This document shows, one piece after another, positions 27,947-36,069 of a DNA stretch of 64,000 bases. The DNA comes from Terriglobales bacterium (lineage in GTDB: Bacteria > Acidobacteriota > Terriglobia > Terriglobales > Acidobacteriaceae). Position 1 is the first letter of the stretch, and every line of letters begins with the position of its first letter. The stretch is from contig DATFZT010000205.1 of the NCBI GenBank assembly GCA_035314185.1, positions 2,820-66,819 of the forward strand, in the 5' to 3' direction. The position numbers and the translations under genes are program-made. The notes beneath the pieces were generated by a model that worked only from the letters and a program-made list of their open reading frames with translations, did not search any database and was not told where the DNA came from.

Positions 27947-28300
27947 ATGAACTCGCCCGACATCAATCCCTCGACCAGTCCTCCCATCGAACCCGATCGC
28001 CGCCTCCATCCCCGCTACACGCTTCAGGTCCAGATCGAAATCCGCCAGGAAGGCAGCGACGTCCCCATGCGCTTGGAAACCACCGACCTCAGCCGCGGCG
28101 GTTGTTACATTGAGCTGATCATGCCCCTGCCAGTCGACGTCCGTGTTCAAGCCACTCTCTGGCTCGATGGCTACCCCATTGTCATCCGCGGCCGCGTGGC
28201 CACCCGCCATCCCCAATTCGGCAACGGCATCAAGTTTGTGGATTTCGAAGGTCAGGCAGAACACCTCCTGATCCGATACCTGGACGCCATCGCCACATAG
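27947..28300 (+). CDS. PilZ domain protein (putative c-di-GMP receptor)
   Basis: RRLHPRY (RxxxR) and DLSRGG (D/NxSxxG) motifs at the expected spacing in a 117-aa ORF. Confidence 0.75.
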   Translation: MNSPDINPSTSPPIEPDRRLHPRYTLQVQIEIRQEGSDVPMRLETTDLSRGGCYIELIMPLPVDVRVQATLWLDGYPIVIRGRVATRHPQFGNGIKFVDFEGQAEHLLIRYLDAIAT

Positions 28301-28462
28301 CATTAAGAACAGCCAAGCAGCACTCCCAGCCTGTTTTTCGATCAAGAAATCAAGCGGTGACAGCGCATCAAAGGTTCAAAGTATCACCCATGTCCCACTT
28401 ATTACTTTCCAGGTTCCCCAAGATAAGCAGGGCTTTGAACCCATGAAACTTTGAAACCTGTG

Positions 28463-29017
28463 TTATTTTCCCTTCCCCATCCGCACGATCGGCAAAGTCA
28501 ACCCATCCCCCATCGGCGCCTCCACGGCCTCCAACTCCTCATACCCCTTCGCTCGATAAAAAGGAACCCCCGTCAAAGTCGCCCCCATCTCCAGTCGCCG
28601 AAACCCAGCCGCCCCAGCCGCAGCTTCGCACGCCTCCAGAATCATCCCGCCAATCCCCCGCCGCGCCCACGCCGGATGAACAAAAAATGCGCGAATCTTA
28701 GCCGCGTCCTTCGCCGGATCCAGCAATGAGTCCTCGCGCCCCGCGAACTGATCGCCGCCATAAAGAGTCTTCCGCTTGCTCCATCCCCCGCACCCCACCA
28801 GCAACGCCGTCCCCGAAGCCGCAATCTCCTCTGCCGCAAAATAAGTTCCGTCCGAAATCAGTTGCGTGTCCACCCCATATACCGTCCGCAGCGCGTTCTC
28901 CAATTGCGCTGCGGAATAATCCCCCGCCTGCAACCCCCGCACCGAAGCTTCAATCAATTCCCGAAGCGAGGGAATATCGCAAGCCTCAGCCAAACGAATG
29001 CGTATCTTCATAACCAA
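28463..29017 (-). CDS. GNAT family N-acetyltransferase
   Basis: Acetyl-CoA binding motif A region FFVHPAWARRGIGGMILEACE in a 184-aa ORF. Confidence 0.8.
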   Translation of the reverse strand: MVMKIRIRLAEACDIPSLRELIEASVRGLQAGDYSAAQLENALRTVYGVDTQLISDGTYFAAEEIAASGTALLVGCGGWSKRKTLYGGDQFAGREDSLLDPAKDAAKIRAFFVHPAWARRGIGGMILEACEAAAGAAGFRRLEMGATLTGVPFYRAKGYEELEAVEAPMGDGLTLPIVRMGKGK

Positions 29018-29315
29018 TCTCTATAACCCCTTTATAACGCCCTTTGCCGCACTGCGGAAAAATGCCGTGTAGAGACGGGGCTTGCCCGTCTTGGGCCACC
29101 TCGGAACCAACCTTCGAGTAGTAACGGGAAGGGCACGAGTTTACTCGTGCCTTTAAGTCATTAACAATGTGTCCGCGCTTTAGCGCCTGAGGAGTGCTCT
29201 TTGCCCCTGGACTAGTCTTCACAAAGCTGTTCAGCGATGCCGAAAGTTCTTCGAAAGTCAAATGCCTCTTCAGGGGCCGCAGAACTAGAAAGTTGAATTC
29301 TCCACCGACACCGCC

Positions 29316-30071
29316 CTAGCCGACTTTCTTCCCCAAGCGCTCCACCATGGCATGCAGAGCACGTTGCGTCTGAGGTCTCCACCAGGCTTCAGTGACAGCT
29401 TCAAGTTCCGTTTCAAGATTGTCGAAGAGACCGACCAAATCGGCGCGGGCATTTGCGCGCGTCACTGCCATCGCTTCAGCCGGAAGCGCCAGCACCGCTT
29501 GGCACCACTCCAAGGCACGGCTCACGACGCGCTCGACGGGAAACAATTCGTCCACCAGGCCGACGTTCAAAGCCTCTTGCGGGGAGATCAGCACACCCGT
29601 AACCGCCAACCGTTCTGCCTGACGCGGGCCAACCTGCCGCCGCAGGGCGCGCAGAATTATCGGAGGCAAAACAATCCCCACCTGCACTTCGCTCAGCCCG
29701 AGTTTGAAGTCTCCTTGTGCCCCCACTCGCCAATCGCAGAACAAAGGCAGGACCGTCCCGCCTGCCGGGGCATGACCTGTGATCGCGGCAGCAATCGGAA
29801 TCGGCGAACCGGCCAGCGCCTTGAGCAGAGCATAAAATTCACGCCACAGCGCGGCCAAAGCTGCGCGATCCAAGCCAAGCAGCAGCGGCACATCCAGACC
29901 AGCGGAAAACCTGCCCGGCGACCCCGAAAGAACTAAAGCCCGCGCGCCGTTGTGTGGGGCCGCTTCGACCGCCTGTCGCAGTGCCGCTATCAATTCCAGG
30001 GTGAGGGCATTTACCGGCGGACGATTCAGCCGCAACTCCCGGACCGCTCCGTGGTCGGTCACCAGAATCAT
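29316..30071 (-). CDS. Enoyl-CoA hydratase/isomerase (crotonase) family protein
   Basis: LNRPPVNAL...VLSGSPGRFSAGLDV...AAITGHAPAGG, the crotonase oxyanion-hole pattern. Confidence 0.85.
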   Translation of the reverse strand: MILVTDHGAVRELRLNRPPVNALTLELIAALRQAVEAAPHNGARALVLSGSPGRFSAGLDVPLLLGLDRAALAALWREFYALLKALAGSPIPIAAAITGHAPAGGTVLPLFCDWRVGAQGDFKLGLSEVQVGIVLPPIILRALRRQVGPRQAERLAVTGVLISPQEALNVGLVDELFPVERVVSRALEWCQAVLALPAEAMAVTRANARADLVGLFDNLETELEAVTEAWWRPQTQRALHAMVERLGKKVG

Positions 30072-30123
30072 GCCGGTAGCTTACAACTTTCTTGATTGGA
30101 GAGCGAAGGCTGGCGAGGCAATT

Positions 30124-30270
30124 GATTTTGAGTGGCGCAGCGGTTCACCGCCTTGCGTTCCTGATTTTGAGTGGCGCACGGTTCACCGGGGTTGTACTTG
30201 CCTTTGGGTGGCGCAGCGGTTCACCGCTGCGATAACACATCCTTGATGACTGCGGGCTTTAGCCCCTGAT
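30124..30270. repeat. Array of three family-D REP hairpins plus one family-H hairpin
   Basis: gattttgagtggcgcagcggttcaccgcc (30124-30152), gattttgagtggcgcacggttcaccgg (30163-30189), cctttgggtggcgcagcggttcaccgctgcgataa (30201-30235), gcgggctttagcccctg (30250-30270). Confidence 0.85.
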
Positions 30271-30648
30271 GCGCGCCGCCGCGCACTCCGAGCAAGGACA
30301 AACTTCCCGCAAATAAAACCACGAATAAATCCCCAGATCGTGTCGATCGTTCCACGAAAACTTCAGCGCATATTTGCCCACTGCCTCCGCCGACAGCGCT
30401 TTCACCAACGGCTTGAACATCGGCAAAGTCCCCGGCGCCAGCTTTTCAGGCTCGCCCGGCTTTCGTTTCGCCTTGGTTCGCTCATCCTCGCAAAGCGCGC
30501 AAGGGCAAGCATCCCGCAAAAACGTAAACGTATAGACGGACCGGTGCCCATCCTTCCACTCAATCTCCATCCCCGTCCCCGTCGTCAAATGAATCACCAC
30601 CGACTTGGGATCGTTCCCCACCCGAGGAGTAAAATCCGGCAGCGCCAT
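30259..30648 (-). CDS. DUF971 (gamma-butyrobetaine hydroxylase N-terminal-like) protein
   Basis: Two repeats with Cys pairs: IEWKDGHRSVYTFTFLRDACPCALC and LKFSWNDRHDLGIYSWFYLREVCPCSEC. Confidence 0.7.
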   Translation of the reverse strand: MALPDFTPRVGNDPKSVVIHLTTGTGMEIEWKDGHRSVYTFTFLRDACPCALCEDERTKAKRKPGEPEKLAPGTLPMFKPLVKALSAEAVGKYALKFSWNDRHDLGIYSWFYLREVCPCSECAAARIRG

Positions 30649-30670
30649 AAATTAAAGTATCGCACGCGCC

Positions 30671-30812
30671 AAGCTCGTGTGGTGACGGGGCTCTGTCCCG
30701 TTCCGGCCGGGTGCCCCCCGCGTGCTCTAGATGTTGAACTGATTTTGGGTGGCGCAGCGGTTCACCGCTGCGGTAAGGGTGTTTTCCCAGAGCCGGCTTT
30801 AGGCGCTGCGGT
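30671..30812. repeat. Composite REP array (families C, D and an H variant)
   Basis: aagctcgtgtggtgacggggctctgtcccgt (C), gattttgggtggcgcagcggttcaccgctgcggtaag (D, 30741-30777), gccggctttaggcgctgcggtgag (H variant). Confidence 0.8.
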
Positions 30813-30931
30813 GAGACTGCGCGAAGTGGAAGATACCTTTTTCGCACCGACCACTAAAGCCCCGTGATAACCAACTTCTTCCCAGCCGCGTCTAACAGGT
30901 TTATAAAGTAAAAAGAAAGCAGGAGGGCCCC

Positions 30932-31831
30932 ATGGATCGCAGAAAGTTTCTGCTGGCAGGCTCCGCGGGAGTAGCAGGTGCCTGGGTCGCCCAAAAGTTT
31001 CTCGGCACCAGCGCGCTCAGTAATCGTCTATTCGGCCCACAGTTCGCAGCTCTGCCACCGTTGACGCAGAAGATAGCCGCCTTCGACACCGTAACCTTGG
31101 GCAAGACTGGAATCCGCACCAGCCGTCTGGCCATGGGCACCGGCACCATCGGCACCGGTCATCATTCCAATCAGACCGCGCTCGGCATGAAGGGGCTGTC
31201 GGATCTACTGCTCAACGGCTACGATCACGGCCTGCGTTTTTTTGACTCGGCCGACGCCTACGGAAGCCATCCCCACGTCGCCGAAGCGCTGAAGCATGTC
31301 CCGCGCGACCAGGTCGCGGTCCTCACCAAAACGTTCTCGCGGGATCCGAAGTCTGCCCGCGCCGATCTCGACCGCTTTCGTCGCGAACTCGGCGTCGACT
31401 ACATCGACATCTGCCTGATGCACTGCCTGACCGAAGGCGATTGGACGGAACGCTTCCAGGGCGTGATGGACGTGCTCTCCGAAGCGAAAGAGAAGGGGAT
31501 CATCCGCGCCCACGGCTGCTCCTGTCACTCCATCGAGGCCCTGCGCGCCGCCGCCAAATCGCCTTGGGTCGAAGTGGATTTGGCCCGCATCAATCCGATC
31601 GGCTCGCACATGGACGCCTCGCCCCAGGAAGTCGCCAGCGTTCTGCGTGAAATGAAAGCCGCCGGCAAAGGCATCATCGGCATGAAGATCCTCGGACAAG
31701 GCGATCTCCGCGGCCGCGTCGACGACGCGATCCGCTACGCCCTGTCGCTCGGCGTGCTCGACGCCTTCACCATCGGCGCCGAAAGCAAAGGAGAGCAGGA
31801 AGACTTAATGCGCCGCATCGCTGCCGCATAA
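30932..31831 (+). CDS. Aldo/keto reductase with a twin-arginine signal peptide
   Basis: MDRRKFLLAGSAGVAGAWVA (Tat-like RRKFL), then FFDSADAYGSHP and IDICLMHC, typical of the AKR family. Confidence 0.85.
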   Translation: MDRRKFLLAGSAGVAGAWVAQKFLGTSALSNRLFGPQFAALPPLTQKIAAFDTVTLGKTGIRTSRLAMGTGTIGTGHHSNQTALGMKGLSDLLLNGYDHGLRFFDSADAYGSHPHVAEALKHVPRDQVAVLTKTFSRDPKSARADLDRFRRELGVDYIDICLMHCLTEGDWTERFQGVMDVLSEAKEKGIIRAHGCSCHSIEALRAAAKSPWVEVDLARINPIGSHMDASPQEVASVLREMKAAGKGIIGMKILGQGDLRGRVDDAIRYALSLGVLDAFTIGAESKGEQEDLMRRIAAA

Positions 31832-31943
31832 GCACGCATAAGGAACTGGCAGATGCACAACCGGCAACGCGCAACCGGAAAAACCTTGGCTGAGAAGACC
31901 ACACTTCCGCGATCACTCCCGCTAGAATCTCTCCAGGTTCTCC

Positions 31944-32780
31944 ATGAACACCGTCCGCATCGCCGCCCTCCTCGAACCATTCCTCGAGCAATCGCTCGTG
32001 CTATCTCAACTCGATCAAATATCGACGTACATCGATTTATTACTCCGCTGGAACGCCCGCATCAACCTGACCGCCATCCGCAAAGAAGAAGAAATAGTAA
32101 CCCGCCACTTCGGCGAGTCCTTCTTCCTGGCAAGCCATCTCTTCCCCAAAGAATGTGTGGCGCGGACACTCTTATCCGCGAACGCCGACAGCGCCCAACC
32201 GCTGGAAGATTCACAACTATTAAGCCCTTGTCATCCTGAGCGCAGCCGAGCCGAGAGCGAAGCGATTGGCTCGGCGGAGTCGAAGGACCCCTACCCTTAC
32301 TCCGTGCCCGCGCCGCCGCAGGGAATTCTCCCCGCACCCTCGAATTTTCTGAGCGTCCTCGACATCGGCTCCGGTGCCGGATTCCCCGCCCTGCCCCTGA
32401 AGATCTGGGCACCGCACCTCCATCTCACGCTGATCGAATCGAATCACAAGAAGGCTGCCTTCCTCCGCGAAGTGACCCGTGCACTTACATTGACCGACGT
32501 CAATGTAATCACCGACCGAGCCGAAATTCTAGCCGCCCGCCCGGAGCGTCCCCAAGCCGACGTAGTAACCCTCCGAGCCGTTGAGCACTTCGACGCCATC
32601 CTCCCCCAAGCCGTCACCTTCCTGGCCCCCAAGGCAAGCCTAGCCCTGCTGATAAGCACCACCCAGCTCCCACAAGTGACTACCCTGACCGATGTAAGTT
32701 GGCACGCCCCATTGACTATCCCGCAGTCACGTTCAAGGGTATTACTGGTTGGATACAGGACCGCTGTAGGAACTACATAG
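31944..32780 (+). CDS. rsmG: 16S rRNA (guanine527-N7)-methyltransferase
   Basis: LLLRWNARINLTAIRKEEEIVTRHFGES and SAM motif DIGSGAGFPALPL. It carries a roughly 60-aa insertion containing a REP element (see finding). Confidence 0.8.
   Translation: MNTVRIAALLEPFLEQSLVLSQLDQISTYIDLLLRWNARINLTAIRKEEEIVTRHFGESFFLASHLFPKECVARTLLSANADSAQPLEDSQLLSPCHPERSRAESEAIGSAESKDPYPYSVPAPPQGILPAPSNFLSVLDIGSGAGFPALPLKIWAPHLHLTLIESNHKKAAFLREVTRALTLTDVNVITDRAEILAARPERPQADVVTLRAVEHFDAILPQAVTFLAPKASLALLISTTQLPQVTTLTDVSWHAPLTIPQSRSRVLLVGYRTAVGTT
32229..32295. repeat. REP-like element, family E, inside rsmG
   Basis: gtcatcctgagcgcagccgagccgagagcgaagcgattggctcggcggagtcgaaggacccctac with stem gccgagcc/ggctcggc. The intergenic twin is at 26859-26934. 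Confidence 0.85.
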
Positions 32781-32888
32781 CAGATTTTACCGCAAATAGT
32801 GGTGGACTGCGCCACTTTTGCAGCCATAATATGGTCAGAAGTGGTACATTTATTCATTAATCTCACTATGAGATAGGATCGGGATTTG

Positions 32889-32906
32889 GTGTTCCACGTG
32901 GAACAC
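32889..32906. promoter_or_regulatory. parS-like site 1 (perfect 18-bp palindrome)
   Basis: gTGTTCCACGTGGAACAc; compare the Firmicute/general parS consensus TGTTNCACGTGAAACA. Confidence 0.75.
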
Positions 32907-32961
32907 TTCTCAGTTTTCACAAGGCAACTGGAATGCGAATCCGCCACGGGACGGCCCGATA

Positions 32962-32977
32962 TGTTCCACCCGAAACA
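32962..32977. promoter_or_regulatory. parS-like site 2 (degenerate)
   Basis: TGTTCCACCCGAAACA shares both outer half-site arms with the parS consensus. Confidence 0.55.
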
Positions 32978-33019
32978 TATTCTCCCCTGAAACGCCGAAG
33001 TAGTTGCCGGCGAGCCAAG

Positions 33020-33035
33020 TGTTCCATGTGAAACA
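33020..33035. promoter_or_regulatory. parS-like site 3
   Basis: TGTTCCATGTGAAACA, with 14 of the 15 specified positions of TGTTNCACGTGAAACA, about 85 nt upstream of the parA start. Confidence 0.75.
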
Positions 33036-33120
33036 CTGGATCGTGTTTTGCACAGCAATCGGCATTGATTTCGTGGATGCGTTCGCATATTCTGACCCGC
33101 AACACCAAGAAAACAAAATC

Positions 33121-33915
33121 ATGGGACGTGTCATCGCAGTTGCTAACCAGAAGGGTGGCGTCGGCAAGACTACGACCGCCATCAACCTCGCCGCCTCACT
33201 TGCCGCCGCCGAAGTCAACACGCTGCTGGTGGACTGCGATCCACAGTCGAACTCCACCAGCGGCTTGGGCCTAGTGAAGAGTCCGGAGCGCATCAGCATC
33301 TACGACGTGATCATGGGCGTGGCTTCGGCTGAAGAGGCATTGCAGCTCACCGAACTCGAACAGCTGTGGCTGATTCCATCGCACAAGAACTTGATTGGCG
33401 CGAACCTTGAGCTGGTGGCGGCGGAGCGACGCGAGTATCGTCTGCGCGATGCGCTGGCCAGTTTGCTTGATCGCTTTCAGTTCATCGTGCTGGACTGTCC
33501 TCCAGCGCTTGATCTGCTGACGCTGAACGCGCTGGTCGCCGCGGATGGAGTCTTGATTCCGATGCAGGCGGAGTACTTTGCGCTGGAGGGTGTGTCGGAG
33601 TTGCTCGACACCATCGAGAGAATACGCGGCGAGCTCAATCCTCGGCTGGTGGTTGAGGGCGTGGTGATCACGATGTTCGATGAGCGGACGAACCTGGCGC
33701 AACAGGTGGCCGAGGAGTTGAAGAAGTATTTTGGAGACAAGCTGTGTACGACTACGATCCCGCGGAACATACGGCTGGCGGAGGCTCCGAGCCATGGGCA
33801 GCCGGCGCTGGTGTATGACGTGCGCTCGCGCGGAGCGGAGAGCTACATACGGCTGGCGAAGGAGATCCTGGACCGGCAGGCGGGGATGGCGAGCGGGTCC
33901 GGGGAGGCAGCTTAG
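33121..33915 (+). CDS. parA: Chromosome partitioning ATPase ParA/Soj
   Basis: [24 protein letters not shown] (deviant Walker A). I chose ATG 33121; the upstream part of the track ORF (from 33004) crosses the parS sites. Confidence 0.95.
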   Translation: MGRVIAVANQKGGVGKTTTAINLAASLAAAEVNTLLVDCDPQSNSTSGLGLVKSPERISIYDVIMGVASAEEALQLTELEQLWLIPSHKNLIGANLELVAAERREYRLRDALASLLDRFQFIVLDCPPALDLLTLNALVAADGVLIPMQAEYFALEGVSELLDTIERIRGELNPRLVVEGVVITMFDERTNLAQQVAEELKKYFGDKLCTTTIPRNIRLAEAPSHGQPALVYDVRSRGAESYIRLAKEILDRQAGMASGSGEAA

Positions 33916-34037
33916 ATTGATGGACATAAATATTTATGTTAATCGATATAAGTTTGCTCCCGAGAACAACGTCTTAACCACAGGGGGCACAGGGGAACAC
34001 AGGGGCGAACATTTCTTTTGGAGAGGGGAACTGGTTG

Positions 34038-35177
34038 ATGACTACATCGAATGCGGCGATGGTGGATAAGACGATCGCGAAGGCCAGCGAGAAACTGGCG
34101 GAGAAGCGGCGGGCTTTGGGGCGCGGGCTGGAGTCTCTTTTGCCGGGGCCGCGGGTGGTGAATATTCCAGTGGCTCCCGCGGTTCCGCAAGGTACGCGGA
34201 CGGATGGGGCGGCCGATTCTTCGTTGTTTTCATCTCCTTCTTCCTCGACTTCTTCTCTTTCTGCCTCTTCTGCCGAATTCGCTGGTGGACGGCCGGGGGC
34301 GGCCGTCGCTACGCGAGAGCCTGTGGTTCCGGGGACTTTGGATGTTTTGCAGGCGGTGGCTTCGGGGCAGACTGCGGATGGGGAGACGGTGTTTCATCTG
34401 GCGATGGATCAGATTGACCACAATCCGCACCAGACTCGGAGGGAATTCGATCAGGGCGCTCTTCAGGAACTGGCAGACTCGATCGCGGCGCAGGGGGTGG
34501 TGCAGCCGATTGTGGTGCGTCCGGGGAAAGAGGGCCGGTTCACACTGATTCTGGGCGAGCGGCGGATGCGCGCCTCGGAGAGGTTGGGGAACGCGACGAT
34601 CCCGGCAATAGTGAAGCGGGTCTCGGAGCAGCAGGCGGCGGAGATGACGCTGGTCGAGAACCTGCAGCGTGAGGACCTGAATTGCATGGAGCAGGCGGAG
34701 GCGTTCTCGAACCTGAGCACGGAGTTCAAGCTTACGCAGGAGCAAATTGGTGCGCGGGCGGGCGTGTCGCGGGAAAAGGTGTCGAATTTCATGCGGCTAC
34801 TATCGTTGCCGGAAGGCGTGATCGGAGCGCTGCAGAAGGGCAGGTTGACGTACAGCCACGCGCGGGTGCTGTTGACGCTGAAGGATAACGTCCGGATATG
34901 GAAGTACGCGCAAAAAGCGATGGAAGAAAAGATGTCGGTGGCGAAGCTGGAGGATCTGGTGTTGAGACTGAGCGCACCGGTCGGGCTGGGCGACCCAAAT
35001 AAGGGGGGCGGGGCGCGGTGGGTGGATCCAAATGTGAAGGCGGCGCAGCGGTCGCTGGAGGAAGTGTTGGGGATGCGGGTGCGGATCCGGGATCGGAAGG
35101 GACGAGGCAAGATTGTGATTGAGTATGGGACGATCGACGATTTTGAGCGGGTGGTCAGGATGTTGAAGGGGAGGTAG
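34038..35177 (+). CDS. parB: Chromosome partitioning protein ParB/Spo0J
   Basis: RRALGRGLESLLP, IDHNPHQTRREFDQGALQELADSIAAQGVVQPIVVR and LILGERRMRAS (ParB boxes), followed by an HTH. It has a long Ser-rich linker that contains a REP hairpin. Confidence 0.9.
   Translation: MTTSNAAMVDKTIAKASEKLAEKRRALGRGLESLLPGPRVVNIPVAPAVPQGTRTDGAADSSLFSSPSSSTSSLSASSAEFAGGRPGAAVATREPVVPGTLDVLQAVASGQTADGETVFHLAMDQIDHNPHQTRREFDQGALQELADSIAAQGVVQPIVVRPGKEGRFTLILGERRMRASERLGNATIPAIVKRVSEQQAAEMTLVENLQREDLNCMEQAEAFSNLSTEFKLTQEQIGARAGVSREKVSNFMRLLSLPEGVIGALQKGRLTYSHARVLLTLKDNVRIWKYAQKAMEEKMSVAKLEDLVLRLSAPVGLGDPNKGGGARWVDPNVKAAQRSLEEVLGMRVRIRDRKGRGKIVIEYGTIDDFERVVRMLKGR
34287..34316. repeat. REP family-A hairpin (reverse orientation) inside parB
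   Basis: ggacggccgggggcggccgtcgctacgcga is the reverse complement of tagggacggccgcccccggccgtcc (22610-22634) with 2 mismatches. Confidence 0.75.
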
Positions 35178-35221
35178 CGCAGGTTTCAGAGGTTCAGAGT
35201 TTTTGTTTCAGAGGAATCTGA

Positions 35222-35645
35222 TTGTGCCACGCGGGACTTGTGCCTGATCCCATTTCCAGGCCGACTGCTAAGCAAACCCTGCTGCTGATATTGCTGCCGA
35301 TGCTGGGGGCGGTTTTTTGTCTTCGGCTTTATCTGCACCTGGTGCGGGTTCAGCATGTTTATCCGGGCGGATATCTGGTTCATCATTTGTTTGTTGGGGT
35401 GTTGATCGAACTGCCTGCAGCATTCATTTTGGCTTTTGGTGCGCGCAACCGAGTGCGGGCATTTTTGGCGTTTGGGGGCTTTGGGGGTTGGTGCGGGGAT
35501 GGTTCTGGATGAGGTGACTTATCTGGTGGCTACTCAGGCCAGCGATCGCGATTATGTTTCTCCGGTTTCGCTGGGTGGTTCGGTTGGGTTGGTTTCGTTG
35601 GCGACGATCTTGTTGGTGGGGATTTATTGGGCGCGGCGGGATTGA
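35222..35645 (+). pseudogene. Small polytopic membrane protein split by a +1 frame break
   Basis: ORFs 35222-35512 and 35436-35645 overlap in different frames and both are hydrophobic. The break maps to the duplicated tttgggggc/tttgggggt at 35471-35488. Confidence 0.35.
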
Positions 35646-35690
35646 GGCTTACGCGGCCCTGAAGGGCCGCTCTTCCACGGGGACCCATAC
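35646..35690. repeat. REP-like element, family G (reverse orientation)
   Basis: gaggcttacgcggccctgaagggccgctcttccacgggg is the reverse complement of ccgtggaagagcggcccttcagggccgcgt at 27751-27780. Confidence 0.85.
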
Positions 35691-36069
35691 ATCCTTGCGC
35701 GGGAGCAACTGGTGCCGTCCCTTGCGGGACTCGGGCTTTGCCACTTTCGCTTACCCGGCACTTGCGTGCCGGAAGCGGCGGAACAGGAAAGCCCCGCCCG
35801 TTCGCGGCTGGGGCGCACGCTGGCGACGGGGAGGAATCTTGCGAGTAATCATTGGAATGAGCCTCCCTTTGGAGTTGCGAATTGGAGTACGGTCTTCAGT
35901 CGTTTCATGGAAGACCTCCTCGGCAGATGCTCTTCTCCCACTTTTTACTGTGCTGATTCTCCCTTTGGTTTTGGCGCACTCATTGGGAACTTGCAGAGGG
36001 AATCATTAGAGTAACAAGTGGAACGGTTCGCGCAATTTGGCGGGGATTTCTGCTGCAATCTGCTTCTCT

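Noticed and set aside
28986-29261. 91-aa minus-strand ORF upstream of the GNAT gene
   Set aside because: Its C-terminal half is translated from REP hairpins (KARVNSCP from ggcacgag-ttta-ctcgtgcc) and it overlaps the GNAT start. Probably not coding.
30124-30235. Possible CRISPR-like array (three ~28-nt direct repeats)
   Set aside because: There are only three imperfect copies with irregular 10-13-nt spacers and no cas genes. The same unit occurs singly at 30741 and 22722. This is a REP array, not CRISPR.
32444-33088. 214-aa minus-strand ORF spanning the rsmG 3' end and the parS region
   Set aside because: It is Cys/Arg-rich, overlaps rsmG antisense, and crosses three palindromic parS-like sites. 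There is no SD and no protein-like composition.
33271-33927. 218-aa minus-strand ORF opposite parA
   Set aside because: It is an Arg/Gln/His-rich shadow of the unambiguous ParA frame.
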